64,000 nucleotides of DNA from a virus (IMGVR_UViG_3300035454_000688:12544-76543); one strand, 5' to 3'. Positions 36,730 through 44,851 are shown, numbered from the stretch's first letter. Notes: generated by a model from the sequence alone, not told the origin. Numbers and translations: made by a program.

Positions 36730-37635
36730 TTAGTCGTCGTCTGCTAGAGACTTGAAGAAGTCTAGCCCGATGTCGTCATCGTCATCGTCGACTGCCTGTG
36801 GCATAGGCTTCGGCTCTGCTGCCTTGAAGGGCGGAGGAGCTGCAAACCCATGATCGAGTTCTGGCTTATACGATTGCGATTCGCTAACTCCACCGACACC
36901 AAGAACCTTATTCAGACGAGCATTGAGCTCCTCATAGGTCTTGAAGTTCTTAGGATCCACGATTTCAGCAAGCGAGTACTGTGACTGCCAGATGCGCTCG
37001 AGAGCGTCATCATCGTTAAGCAGAGGTGCTGCTTCCGAGAATTCAGACTTATCGTAGTTACGATAGCCCTCGACCTTACGAATCTTGAGCTTGAAGTCAG
37101 CTCCAGTCCATAGGTCAAAAGGATTGACAGGCTTCTCGTCCTCGAACTGAGGATTCATCATGTCGTTAATCTTGTCGAAGATCTTCTTACCGTACTTAAA
37201 CAGGAAGACTTTACCTTCGTTCTCGGGGTTGGCAGGATCCTTGACAACATAGATGTTCGAGAAGAAGGTCAGCTGACGCTTCTGCTTACGAACTGTTTCC
37301 TTATCAGAATCGATGCCAGAATTCCAGAGCTTGGAATTCATCTCGCCAACGGGATCGGGCTTGCCGATTGTCGACAGAGAATTTTCGATATACCATCCAC
37401 CTGGTCCTTGGAAGCCATGCGACCACATACGAACAAAGGGCATATCCTCACCAGCGCAAGCAGGAAGGAAGCGAATGACAGCATAACCATTGCCAGCCTT
37501 ATCAGCTTGAATGGACCAGAGGCGGTCGTCTTTGTTAGAATTAGAGGCTGGCTTGTTGAGCTTCTCGAGCTCATTAGTAAGACGATCCAGGTTTGATCCA
37601 GCGGAACGCTTAAGGTCTGCGAATGAACTAGTCAT
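36730..37635 (-). CDS. gp32: Single-stranded DNA-binding protein gp32
   Basis: DKAGNGYAVIRFLP, HGFQGPGGWYIENSL, NPFDLWTGADFKLKIRKVEGYRNYDKSEF, acidic tail. Start moved to ATG 37635 after GGAG. Confidence 0.95.
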   Translation of the reverse strand: MTSSFADLKRSAGSNLDRLTNELEKLNKPASNSNKDDRLWSIQADKAGNGYAVIRFLPACAGEDMPFVRMWSHGFQGPGGWYIENSLSTIGKPDPVGEMNSKLWNSGIDSDKETVRKQKRQLTFFSNIYVVKDPANPENEGKVFLFKYGKKIFDKINDMMNPQFEDEKPVNPFDLWTGADFKLKIRKVEGYRNYDKSEFSEAAPLLNDDDALERIWQSQYSLAEIVDPKNFKTYEELNARLNKVLGVGGVSESQSYKPELDHGFAAPPPFKAAEPKPMPQAVDDDDDDIGLDFFKSLADDD

Positions 37636-37712
37636 GTATTTCTCCATATGATTTACGTATTGTTGTGTGTTTTCTTATCCACAGTATTCATTATATACAA
37701 CTACTTATATAA

Positions 37713-37940
37713 TTACAACGGTAGTTTCGCTGTCTTAGGCAGAAGATTTAGATCTTCCCCTTCGTTTTGAATAATGGCTCTGAACTTACCATTACTCTTG
37801 ATAATGGCTGCGGCGGTCTCTATCTCGAGATTGTTCTTCTCGCAATAGTGGACCACCGCATCCATATAGTCAGTCCTGAGCTCACACACGAGTGCTTCAA
37901 TGTCTGCATAAAAATTAAGTGGTGTTAGCTTTTGGATCAT
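37713..37940 (-). CDS. gp33: Late transcription co-activator gp33
   Basis: YMDAVVHYCEKNNLEIE...GEDLNLL..LPL; upstream of gp32. Confidence 0.8.
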   Translation of the reverse strand: MIQKLTPLNFYADIEALVCELRTDYMDAVVHYCEKNNLEIETAAAIIKSNGKFRAIIQNEGEDLNLLPKTAKLPL

Positions 37941-37948
37941 GATTAAGT

Positions 37949-38527
37949 TTATCCTCTGTAGAAAATATGCGCACCAATCTTTGTGGTACGATCAAAAACT
38001 CTGCCCCACGATGGACTCACATAGTCTGCGTGGTAGAACTTAGCACCCTTGGTGACATCACCATAGTTACCTATGTATACGTTCTCTGCGATCTGCTTGG
38101 CCTTACGAAAGGCAGCTTGATCTCGAATTTGTTTTCCTCCCTCACACTTCCATGAAAACTGGCATACGCGCTTGGTTCTCTGATTGATCACCCCACATGG
38201 TGTGCTTGGGAAACGTTTATCATTAGCACGGTTCATTACTACATTGTTCACTGCGATCCGTCCCTTGATAGGTTCGTGACCGGCTTCAAAGTATGTATTT
38301 GTAGCCATGCATTGTATTTGTTGTTTATCGTGCTTGCTTAGATAAACTGGTTCTTTGACAATGACTTCTTTCTCTACTACCTGTATCTGTGGAACCTTTA
38401 CAATCTTAACTTCTGGTTCCTTATTAGGGGTTGCTAGTGCAACTCCCGTGACAGCAATGCATCCAATAAGGAAGCCTTCTGCCCAGCGTAGGTAGGGAAA
38501 GTCTTTTCTGTTTATGAACAGTTTCAT
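37949..38527 (-). CDS. SleB-like cell wall hydrolase (Hydrolase_2) with N-terminal membrane anchor
   Basis: CMATNTYFEAGHE..GRIAVNNVVMNR...FP..CGVINQ..CQFSW, AKFYHADYVSPSW, IGAHIFY. Confidence 0.9.
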   Translation of the reverse strand: MKLFINRKDFPYLRWAEGFLIGCIAVTGVALATPNKEPEVKIVKVPQIQVVEKEVIVKEPVYLSKHDKQQIQCMATNTYFEAGHEPIKGRIAVNNVVMNRANDKRFPSTPCGVINQRTKRVCQFSWKCEGGKQIRDQAAFRKAKQIAENVYIGNYGDVTKGAKFYHADYVSPSWGRVFDRTTKIGAHIFYRG

Positions 38528-38783
38528 TTGTACCTCTTAGGTCAAATGACTTTGGCAGATAGTGACAGCTTTAGAGGAGTGTCTCAACCCCAACTGTGAT
38601 TATCGCTATGAGAAGATACAAAATGTAATACCGAAGGTATCTTCCATCCATCCCTCTCTTACTAGGAATGCAAAATCATTATTGTTTCGTCGGTGGTATC
38701 TGGATGATACCGCTCTCTAGCCAACTTTGACTTGAAGCTATTGTAAGAGTCAATGGAGGGTGTCAGCCTCCTCAGTAACCTAA
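38528..38783 (-). ncRNA. Candidate structured RNA / 5' leader of the SleB-like gene
   Basis: 255 nt without an ORF, directly after a late promoter; several hand-found stems, two of which pair only on the minus strand via G-U. Confidence 0.5.
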
Positions 38784-38791
38784 TATTTATA
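38784..38791 (-). promoter_or_regulatory. T4-type late promoter TATAAATA
   Basis: Exact match at the head of the structured leader. Confidence 0.65.
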
Positions 38792-38845
38792 TGAATTGGT
38801 ATACTGATATAATCCATTCACCGTACTATATGCACGGTTGATCTT

Positions 38846-39178
38846 GTGGGGGATTCTGTTGCTAGGCTCCCCCAGGCCCCGAAAAATCATGCAGCTAGTG
38901 CAAGACCTTCATATGCGTTGTTATCGTTTGCATTTACGTTTTGTGGCACTTTGCCAATCAATCAGTCTCGAACCGCCCTATTACACGTGTATCGATTCCC
39001 AGTAACACCCCCATCATAGATACACTAGATATAAACAGTGTTGGCGCACTATCGTTCGCTACCCGCCAAGGTAACCGATCCGCCTGTTGGGCTAAGACCG
39101 TCCAGTGTATCTATGGTGGAGGTGGGGGGATTCGAACCCCCGTCTACTCCGCTTTTATTGTTGATTGTCAACAACTGA
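38846..39178 (-). ncRNA. ssrA: Circularly permuted (two-piece) tmRNA
   Basis: T-arm GGGGG-TTCGAAT-CCCCC and CACCTCC-ACCA (3' end 39114) come before the 5' end GGGGGTG (39012); G3:U70 pair; tag ANDNNAYEGLALAA* at 38931-38887. Outer ends are approximate. Confidence 0.92.
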
Positions 39179-39183
39179 TATTC

Positions 39184-39214
39184 TATTTATAGTCTACTTT
39201 GCTTTAGAAGTCAA
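39184..39214 (-). promoter_or_regulatory. Composite sigma70 + late promoter for tmRNA
   Basis: TTGACT (39214-39209), 17 nt, TATAAA, whose -10 is also an exact TATAAATA (39191-39184). Confidence 0.65.
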
Positions 39215-39218
39215 CAGC

Positions 39219-40322
39219 TTATTCGTAGTCTCGTACAGTTTTAAATTTAGGAAAGCGGGGAATTCTATCGGGAGTGTAGTTCTGGAAGACTACTGTGCCC
39301 TTCTTTCCAATGTGCTCATCCTTGTCTGCTAGAAGCTGCTTACAATAAGCAACATTCCCGATAAGACCAGCAGAGAAGGTCCGATCTTCGCCGAGAGCGA
39401 GTACAACGCGCGCGGCCATACCAGCTCGGTTCCCATCCCCCTCTTGAATGTCGACAATAGTGAATTCTTCATCCTGAAACTCTTTCCACTTGATCAGCGT
39501 ATTCGAACGCTTGTTCTCATACTTGCCCTCAGTACGAACCATCGCACCTTCGTAACCAGCTTCAATGTACTCTGCAGCGATCTTATCAACATCTTCTGCA
39601 AAGGTATCGAGAGTTGGTGTGATAACGATGCTATTCTTTACATCAAGATCGATATCGATCATGTTCTGCAAGACCCGTGTGCGCTGACCAAAGTCTGCAC
39701 TGTGGGAAGGAAGGTCGTATACCCAATACTGCAGCTTCTCACGTGAGACAGCAAGGTCTTCTTCGGAAGGCTTCTGCTTCTTTGCAGCAGACACGATCTG
39801 GTTGAAGTCATCCTTCAGATCGTGGTTGTACAGCTCACCATCGATGATCGTGTCTGGATACTTATCGAAGATAGGCTTGAGCAACTCAAAGATATGAGGA
39901 GCACCGTGGATCGGCTTACCTTCCCGTGACCACAGACCATCAGCCTTGGCAATGCAACGCATACCATCGAGCTTAGGCTGCATGAAAACCCGACCAGAGA
40001 CCTTGTCCTTGCGATCAGCCCACTTCGAAGCCAGCATAGGCTTGAAGCGCATAGCCTCATCAATGCGGTCTAAGGACATGTGGTAGTCACGAGCGAGCTT
40101 CTTCTCATACTCTGCTTCTACCTCGAGCGTAGCCTGCTGCTCTGCAGTCGTAGCGTTGGCACGACCTTCGTTCTTAGGCTTAGCAACAGTCCACTCGGTC
40201 GTGGTCTTCTTGCCATCCTGCTGACCAGAGGTCGTACGATAGCTATCACCATCAACCTCTGCAAACCAGATCTGGACCTTACCAGCCGAAGTGCGCTTAT
40301 ACAATGTAGGAAAAACAGTCAT
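39219..40322 (-). CDS. gp30: ATP-dependent DNA ligase
   Basis: MQPKLDGMRC (KxDG), IIDGELY, YEGAMVR, KRSNTLIKWK, PRFP. Confidence 0.92.
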   Translation of the reverse strand: MTVFPTLYKRTSAGKVQIWFAEVDGDSYRTTSGQQDGKKTTTEWTVAKPKNEGRANATTAEQQATLEVEAEYEKKLARDYHMSLDRIDEAMRFKPMLASKWADRKDKVSGRVFMQPKLDGMRCIAKADGLWSREGKPIHGAPHIFELLKPIFDKYPDTIIDGELYNHDLKDDFNQIVSAAKKQKPSEEDLAVSREKLQYWVYDLPSHSADFGQRTRVLQNMIDIDLDVKNSIVITPTLDTFAEDVDKIAAEYIEAGYEGAMVRTEGKYENKRSNTLIKWKEFQDEEFTIVDIQEGDGNRAGMAARVVLALGEDRTFSAGLIGNVAYCKQLLADKDEHIGKKGTVVFQNYTPDRIPRFPKFKTVRDYE

Positions 40323-40714
40323 TAAAATTCACCAAAGATCACTTGCTTGATGGATCCGAACTTGAGGTCGAATACCCACTCAAGACGCTCGGTGCCGTAG
40401 AACTTGTAAAAGTCAAGCTCGCCTTCTGCATCGGCGATGATCTCTACAGCCCGCTGCTGATCGCAGTTGCAGAGCTCCATGGTTTCGAGAACGCGCTGGG
40501 CGAACTTTTCCATGTTTACATCTTGACGAGTCTTCTCTTCGTCGTTCTGCTCTGTGAGCTTGCCTACTAGACGCTCGAATTCAGCATCGAAGTCTTCAAT
40601 AGATTCGAAGGTGACGCCCCGTGGACGGAAGCCATACACATCCTTGTGCAGGTCCGAAAAGACGTCACCATCGCGCGAGTCGGTTGCTGTGTTGATTTCT
40701 GAAAGCGTAATCAT
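40322..40714 (-). CDS. Conserved hypothetical early protein
   Basis: FSDLHKDVYGFRPRG motif; directly after an early promoter. Confidence 0.7.
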   Translation of the reverse strand: MITLSEINTATDSRDGDVFSDLHKDVYGFRPRGVTFESIEDFDAEFERLVGKLTEQNDEEKTRQDVNMEKFAQRVLETMELCNCDQQRAVEIIADAEGELDFYKFYGTERLEWVFDLKFGSIKQVIFGEF

Positions 40715-40746
40715 AATCAAATTCCTTTTTCTTCACTCTATATCTC

Positions 40747-40775
40747 CTTATAGAGTTATTTTCAGAAAAAGTCAA
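40747..40775 (-). promoter_or_regulatory. Early sigma70-type promoter
   Basis: AAAATAACTG-TTGACT, 17 nt, TATAAG. Confidence 0.7.
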
Positions 40776-40783
40776 CAGTTATT

Positions 40784-41221
40784 TTAGTTACACCAAGATT
40801 GTTTCGCGTCACCAAAATATGCACGTGCAAAACCATTCTTGATCAGCAGGTCCCGGAGGCTCATACCATCAAGGATCAGGTCACCGAGAACACGACCACC
40901 GAACTTATCCCAACTGTACAGGACAACCTGATGCTTCTTTGTGGCTTTGATCACGTCCTTCGTGAAAGTAGAAGCCTGTTCGCCACGTGCTTTCTCGCTG
41001 TCACACTTACCACGGAAGCTCTTCTCAGGAGTATCGACACCATAGATTCTCACTGCGATCTCTGGCTTGAGAGGAGCAGGAAGGTATGGAGCAGCAATGA
41101 CAACGGTGTCGCCGTCAGATGCTCGAACAATGGTAGCATCATATGTGACGCCTACAGGAGTCTTCTGAGCGAGTACAGGGGTTGCCATCATCATGAGGGC
41201 GAGTGCGATATAACTTTTCAT
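40784..41221 (-). CDS. Thermonuclease (SNase-like) with signal peptide
   Basis: VRASDGDTV, VRIYGVDTPE, GRVLG, ARAY; N-terminus MKSYIALALMMMATPVLA. Confidence 0.85.
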   Translation of the reverse strand: MKSYIALALMMMATPVLAQKTPVGVTYDATIVRASDGDTVVIAAPYLPAPLKPEIAVRIYGVDTPEKSFRGKCDSEKARGEQASTFTKDVIKATKKHQVVLYSWDKFGGRVLGDLILDGMSLRDLLIKNGFARAYFGDAKQSWCN

Positions 41222-41234
41222 TTTGTTTCCTTAA

Positions 41235-41549
41235 TTAACGGCAGCGGTATTCGTAATAGACATACTTGCGGCCATAGCGATATTCGACAGTCTGCTCTTG
41301 GAAGCAGACCTTACGTGGACGGTAGTTATCGCGATCGCGGTAACGTGGTTCGTAGTAGTCATCTTCTCTACGTTGGCGATCCCGATCAGCTGATGACACT
41401 GCCGCTCCGACAACAACACCAACGATTAGACCACCAATGAAGTTGCCTACTTTGTCACTGCGGCGATTCTCGTCTCTGTGACGTGCCTCTGCAGCAACAG
41501 GAGTTGCAAGCATTGTAATGGCTGCTAAAGCTGTTAGAAACTTTCTCAT
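41235..41549 (-). CDS. Exported glycine-zipper-like small protein
   Basis: MRKFLTALAAITMLATPVAAEA signal peptide; GNFIGGLIVGVVVGAAV. Confidence 0.65.
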   Translation of the reverse strand: MRKFLTALAAITMLATPVAAEARHRDENRRSDKVGNFIGGLIVGVVVGAAVSSADRDRQRREDDYYEPRYRDRDNYRPRKVCFQEQTVEYRYGRKYVYYEYRCR

Positions 41550-41725
41550 TCTTCTACCTCCACGTCTTCGTAAGCAATTGTCACAGTTGTCTCGGAGCCA
41601 AAGATGCACTGAGCCAACCGCTTGATCTCTTTCATGTCGGTTGTATTGACCCTGATGAATCCATATTCCTCAGGAGCATGGTCGTACGTGAAAGGGATCA
41701 GATACTGACGCTTTATGTTCATCAT
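41546..41725 (-). CDS. Hypothetical protein (59 aa)
   Basis: Hand translation MMNIKRQYLIPFTYDH...EDVEVEE*; fills the gap with an ATGA overlap. Confidence 0.55.
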   Translation of the reverse strand: MMNIKRQYLIPFTYDHAPEEYGFIRVNTTDMKEIKRLAQCIFGSETTVTIAYEDVEVEE

Positions 41726-41962
41726 TTATTTATCTTTAGCTGCTTCCTCGCGCTTCCTGCGCTTACGATCACCGAGCCAGAAGAGTCCGGCGAACGGTCC
41801 GACTACAATTGCTAAAGCTAGCAGAAGCGGCCAGATAAGAGATCCAATCGCAATACACCAGAATAGATTAAGCTTTTGATCTTCGTCCCAATCGAGCATA
41901 CCCACCCTATACGAACCAATTGCGATAATCAAAAGGGCAACAATCAACCATAACCAAAACAT
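41726..41962 (-). CDS. Small two-helix membrane protein
   Basis: Two hydrophobic segments, IWP motif, basic tail. Confidence 0.7.
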   Translation of the reverse strand: MFWLWLIVALLIIAIGSYRVGMLDWDEDQKLNLFWCIAIGSLIWPLLLALAIVVGPFAGLFWLGDRKRRKREEAAKDK

Positions 41963-41963
41963 A

Positions 41964-42209
41964 TTACTTCTCCCCTTTCTCGTATACTACCAAGCCATCG
42001 AACTTGTAGTTAAAAATGTCATACCATTTAAAATTGTCGTAGCTAGGATTGATAGCGGGGTATGTCACCGAGAGATCTCCTGCCACCCGCGCTTCGAAGA
42101 CGCGCTCAACTTGTGCCAGCATAAACTGTCCATAGTAGTGCAAACGAATAATGTTCGCAATGCATACAGTTAAACCTAGTACATATGCACCAACCAAAAA
42201 TTCAGTCAT
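41964..42209 (-). CDS. Small membrane protein
   Basis: N-terminal hydrophobic helix; tight gene packing with RBS. Confidence 0.6.
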   Translation of the reverse strand: MTEFLVGAYVLGLTVCIANIIRLHYYGQFMLAQVERVFEARVAGDLSVTYPAINPSYDNFKWYDIFNYKFDGLVVYEKGEK

Positions 42210-42210
42210 A

Positions 42211-42423
42211 TTACTTCTCCTTCAACTTAGAACGTTTACCTAGATATACCATACCTGCAAATGGCGAGACGAGAATTGCAAGAGCAAGAGCAAAAGGCCA
42301 GAATGCAACACAAGCGATTAAAACCGAACCGATTTCACGCTGGGTGTATACATCCGCTTGGCCATATCGATATCCAGCATACATACCAAAAACAATAATA
42401 CCAATAATCCAAATTGTGCCCAT
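42211..42423 (-). CDS. Small two-helix membrane protein
   Basis: Paralogue of 41726-41962 (FWP...SPFAG..LG.R). Confidence 0.7.
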   Translation of the reverse strand: MGTIWIIGIIVFGMYAGYRYGQADVYTQREIGSVLIACVAFWPFALALAILVSPFAGMVYLGKRSKLKEK

Positions 42424-42424
42424 C

Positions 42425-42667
42425 TCACTTCTCCTTATTAAAACGTTTACCGAGTTGGAACATGCCCAACACAGGTAAAGACAAAGGCCACGTTAAAGAA
42501 AATCCGACTGTGAGGAGCATATAACCAGCAGCCTTATTTTCATCAATCTGATGACCCACTTCACCATACTTAGGTGCACGAAAGAACAACGACTTAGAGT
42601 TCATACCAGCATAGAAAGTCCTTGCTAGAACGAATACTATAGCACCATAAAACCAAATTGTAAACAT
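42425..42667 (-). CDS. Small two-helix membrane protein
   Basis: TIW start, TWP motif, QLGKRF tail. Confidence 0.65.
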   Translation of the reverse strand: MFTIWFYGAIVFVLARTFYAGMNSKSLFFRAPKYGEVGHQIDENKAAGYMLLTVGFSLTWPLSLPVLGMFQLGKRFNKEK

Positions 42668-42668
42668 A

Positions 42669-43004
42669 TCATTTCACCTTTACGTAACTCATTGTGTCAT
42701 AACCTGCGTAACCATCCGCCCACTGATTGCGAGCTTGTTCTTTGAAACCAATTGATTGCTCATTCTGCTTGAAGTACTGCTTAGCTGCAGTGCTGACAGA
42801 GTAGTCATCCTGAGCCTGGATCTCAAAATAATCTGATAGCCAAACTTTCTTGAACTGAACCTTATAGGTCTTGAGCTTCTTGACCTTCTTGATCGGATCC
42901 TTCGTATTGCCTTTGCGGTTGTTGATGATACGATTAAACTCTGCATCACCGCACTTGGCAAGAGGACCCCAGGATTCTGGGGATCGGTTTTTAACTTCTA
43001 TCAT
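42669..43004 (-). CDS. Hypothetical protein
   Basis: 111 aa in operon context. Confidence 0.6.
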   Translation of the reverse strand: MIEVKNRSPESWGPLAKCGDAEFNRIINNRKGNTKDPIKKVKKLKTYKVQFKKVWLSDYFEIQAQDDYSVSTAAKQYFKQNEQSIGFKEQARNQWADGYAGYDTMSYVKVK

Positions 43005-43639
43005 TAGTCTGGTCCCATAAAACGAGGTGTTCCATCAGGATAAAACGAGAGGTCATTCTCGCTTGGATTATCCCAGTCGATCTGTAGAGCATTGATAGCC
43101 TTTGCTATGTTCAACAACCCTACTGGACATACAGTATACCCCCGACGAGAGTATTTGGCAACACGTTCCATAGTCTTCAACGGGAAAAACAGCTCATTAA
43201 CTACTAACCGCTTGGTAGCAATGTCCTGCCAAAAGCGTTCGTGGTGTGCGAACGTCAAGCCATCATATGCACCACAGTTAATAGTGAAATCGAATGTATT
43301 GAAGATCGCTTCTTGAGACTCGGGAGAGTAACGGGAAATCACCTGAATCTTTTTACCATCAACCCAGAAGTTTGTGAAAAACGCATGCTCAAAGGTTTTT
43401 TTGGCTCCAGCTTCCTGCAGCTTCTCTTTCAGCTTCTCGGGTGTGGGCGAGAAGATATCATAGTCGTTAATCTTATCTCCTGCGATTGCAGCCGTGATAG
43501 CACCACCCGCAATCCAATACTTGATTGGCTTGTCAGCGTTTTCCTGACCTTCCTTCTGCCCTAGTAGTTCATTGATCTCATCAATAATCTTATTGAGAGG
43601 AGCGAGCGCAGGAATCTTTTCAATAGTTTCAATCATCAT
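43004..43639 (-). CDS. Nucleotidyltransferase resembling the CCA-adding / poly(A) polymerase head domain
   Basis: WIAGGAI, DYDIF (DxD), FDFTINCGAY (RDFTIN-like); lacks the body and tail domains. Confidence 0.7.
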   Translation of the reverse strand: MMIETIEKIPALAPLNKIIDEINELLGQKEGQENADKPIKYWIAGGAITAAIAGDKINDYDIFSPTPEKLKEKLQEAGAKKTFEHAFFTNFWVDGKKIQVISRYSPESQEAIFNTFDFTINCGAYDGLTFAHHERFWQDIATKRLVVNELFFPLKTMERVAKYSRRGYTVCPVGLLNIAKAINALQIDWDNPSENDLSFYPDGTPRFMGPD

Positions 43640-43821
43640 GGATTCACTTTATAAGTTTTACGAAGATGGTCCCGGTCTTGCATTAGCATATTGATAATCG
43701 TTCCCATAGTATCATACTCTCGTTGATACTGTTCAGATTTCCGGAGCCGGTAAAACCCTCGAAAGAGTTCTCCGACTCCGTTTTCGATGATTTCTTCGAT
43801 CTCATCTTCCGGTTCACGCAT
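43636..43821 (-). CDS. Hypothetical protein
   Basis: MREPEDEIEE...; fills the gap between neighbours. Confidence 0.45.
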   Translation of the reverse strand: MREPEDEIEEIIENGVGELFRGFYRLRKSEQYQREYDTMGTIINMLMQDRDHLRKTYKVNP

Positions 43822-44779
43822 CCGCCATCTCCACTGCAAGCTCGAGAGCCTTGGTCTTGAGGTTCTTATTAGCACCATACCAAGCAGAAGTCAAGCGAGA
43901 ATCGACCGAACGACCGATGATGTGATCAGTCATGTAGGTTACGGTGTTGAATGCCTGCCACCAGGTTCCTTCACCGAGCTCTGCACCAGGCTGCTCCATC
44001 AGAGCTTCCTCGAGTGCATATGTAGCCGACTTCGAAAGCTCCTTACGAGGATCTGCCTTCTGAGTCAGGACAGGGAAGATACGAGCGAAGTACTCGACGA
44101 TCGACTCGTCATTGAAGCGCTTCTTCGAGAGATGTTCAGCCATCTCTTTGTACTGCTCGAGCTTGTGCTTAGCAACACCAAGAGTTTCCTTGACCAGGTC
44201 ACCATCGAATTCACGACGGTGCGAAACCTTGACCATGTTCTTCGACTTGGTATTGAGTGAGAGAGTCAGAGTGTTGTTGCACACGACACGGATCGGAGTG
44301 AACCGAACGTCAATCGATGCACCATACTTATGTGGGTTAGTGAAGTGCAGATACGCATCTACCTTATCACGTCCACCGAACAATTCGAACGAATCCTGAA
44401 CCTTTGCAAGAGCCCAGACGATCGAACCGTCCTTGAGCGAACCTGCAGTCTCCATCGACATATCGCCAGCAGCAACGAAGTCATTGAAGAACTCGAATGC
44501 ATCTTGGTTCTGCATAGGCTTCCAGTCGTCTGTGATCACGTCGAGAACGCGATTGTCAGAGCTACGAACGAGAGCAGAGTGACCAGTCTCGATCTGTGTG
44601 CCATTTGCAAGAGTAGCAATAGCAGGGATTGCTTCCACTGACCAATCAAGACCAGCAGCCTGGAGCATCTGCTCCGGAGTCAGGTCATTCGAGACCTGAA
44701 CACCAAGGCCATGCCAAGGCACATCGCCTGCATAAGCCATCGAAGCCTGACCGTTAACCATTTCCAATTCATGTGCCAT
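43814..44779 (-). CDS. DUF932/DUF945-family protein
   Basis: MAYAGDVPWHGLG, AGLDWSV, ETAGSLKDG.VWALAK, FTPIRVVCNNTL, GTWWQAFNTVT. Confidence 0.85.
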   Translation of the reverse strand: MAHELEMVNGQASMAYAGDVPWHGLGVQVSNDLTPEQMLQAAGLDWSVEAIPAIATLANGTQIETGHSALVRSSDNRVLDVITDDWKPMQNQDAFEFFNDFVAAGDMSMETAGSLKDGSIVWALAKVQDSFELFGGRDKVDAYLHFTNPHKYGASIDVRFTPIRVVCNNTLTLSLNTKSKNMVKVSHRREFDGDLVKETLGVAKHKLEQYKEMAEHLSKKRFNDESIVEYFARIFPVLTQKADPRKELSKSATYALEEALMEQPGAELGEGTWWQAFNTVTYMTDHIIGRSVDSRLTSAWYGANKNLKTKALELAVEMADA

Positions 44780-44813
44780 AATATAACTTTCCTTTTCGCT
44801 TTTCAATATAACC

Positions 44814-44842
44814 CTTATCGGGCATTTTCATAATAATGTCAA
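44814..44842 (-). promoter_or_regulatory. Early sigma70-type promoter
   Basis: AAAATAACTG-TTGACA, 17 nt, GATAAGGG. Confidence 0.7.
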
Positions 44843-44851
44843 CAGTTATTT

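Noticed and set aside
39114-39145. tRNA gene (TTCGAA T-loop and CCA)
   Set aside because: There is no anticodon arm upstream. The matching 5' strand lies downstream and is followed by a tag ORF, so it is a permuted tmRNA.
38941-39192. 83-aa plus-strand ORF over the tmRNA
   Set aside because: Antisense to a well-formed RNA gene, with no protein features.
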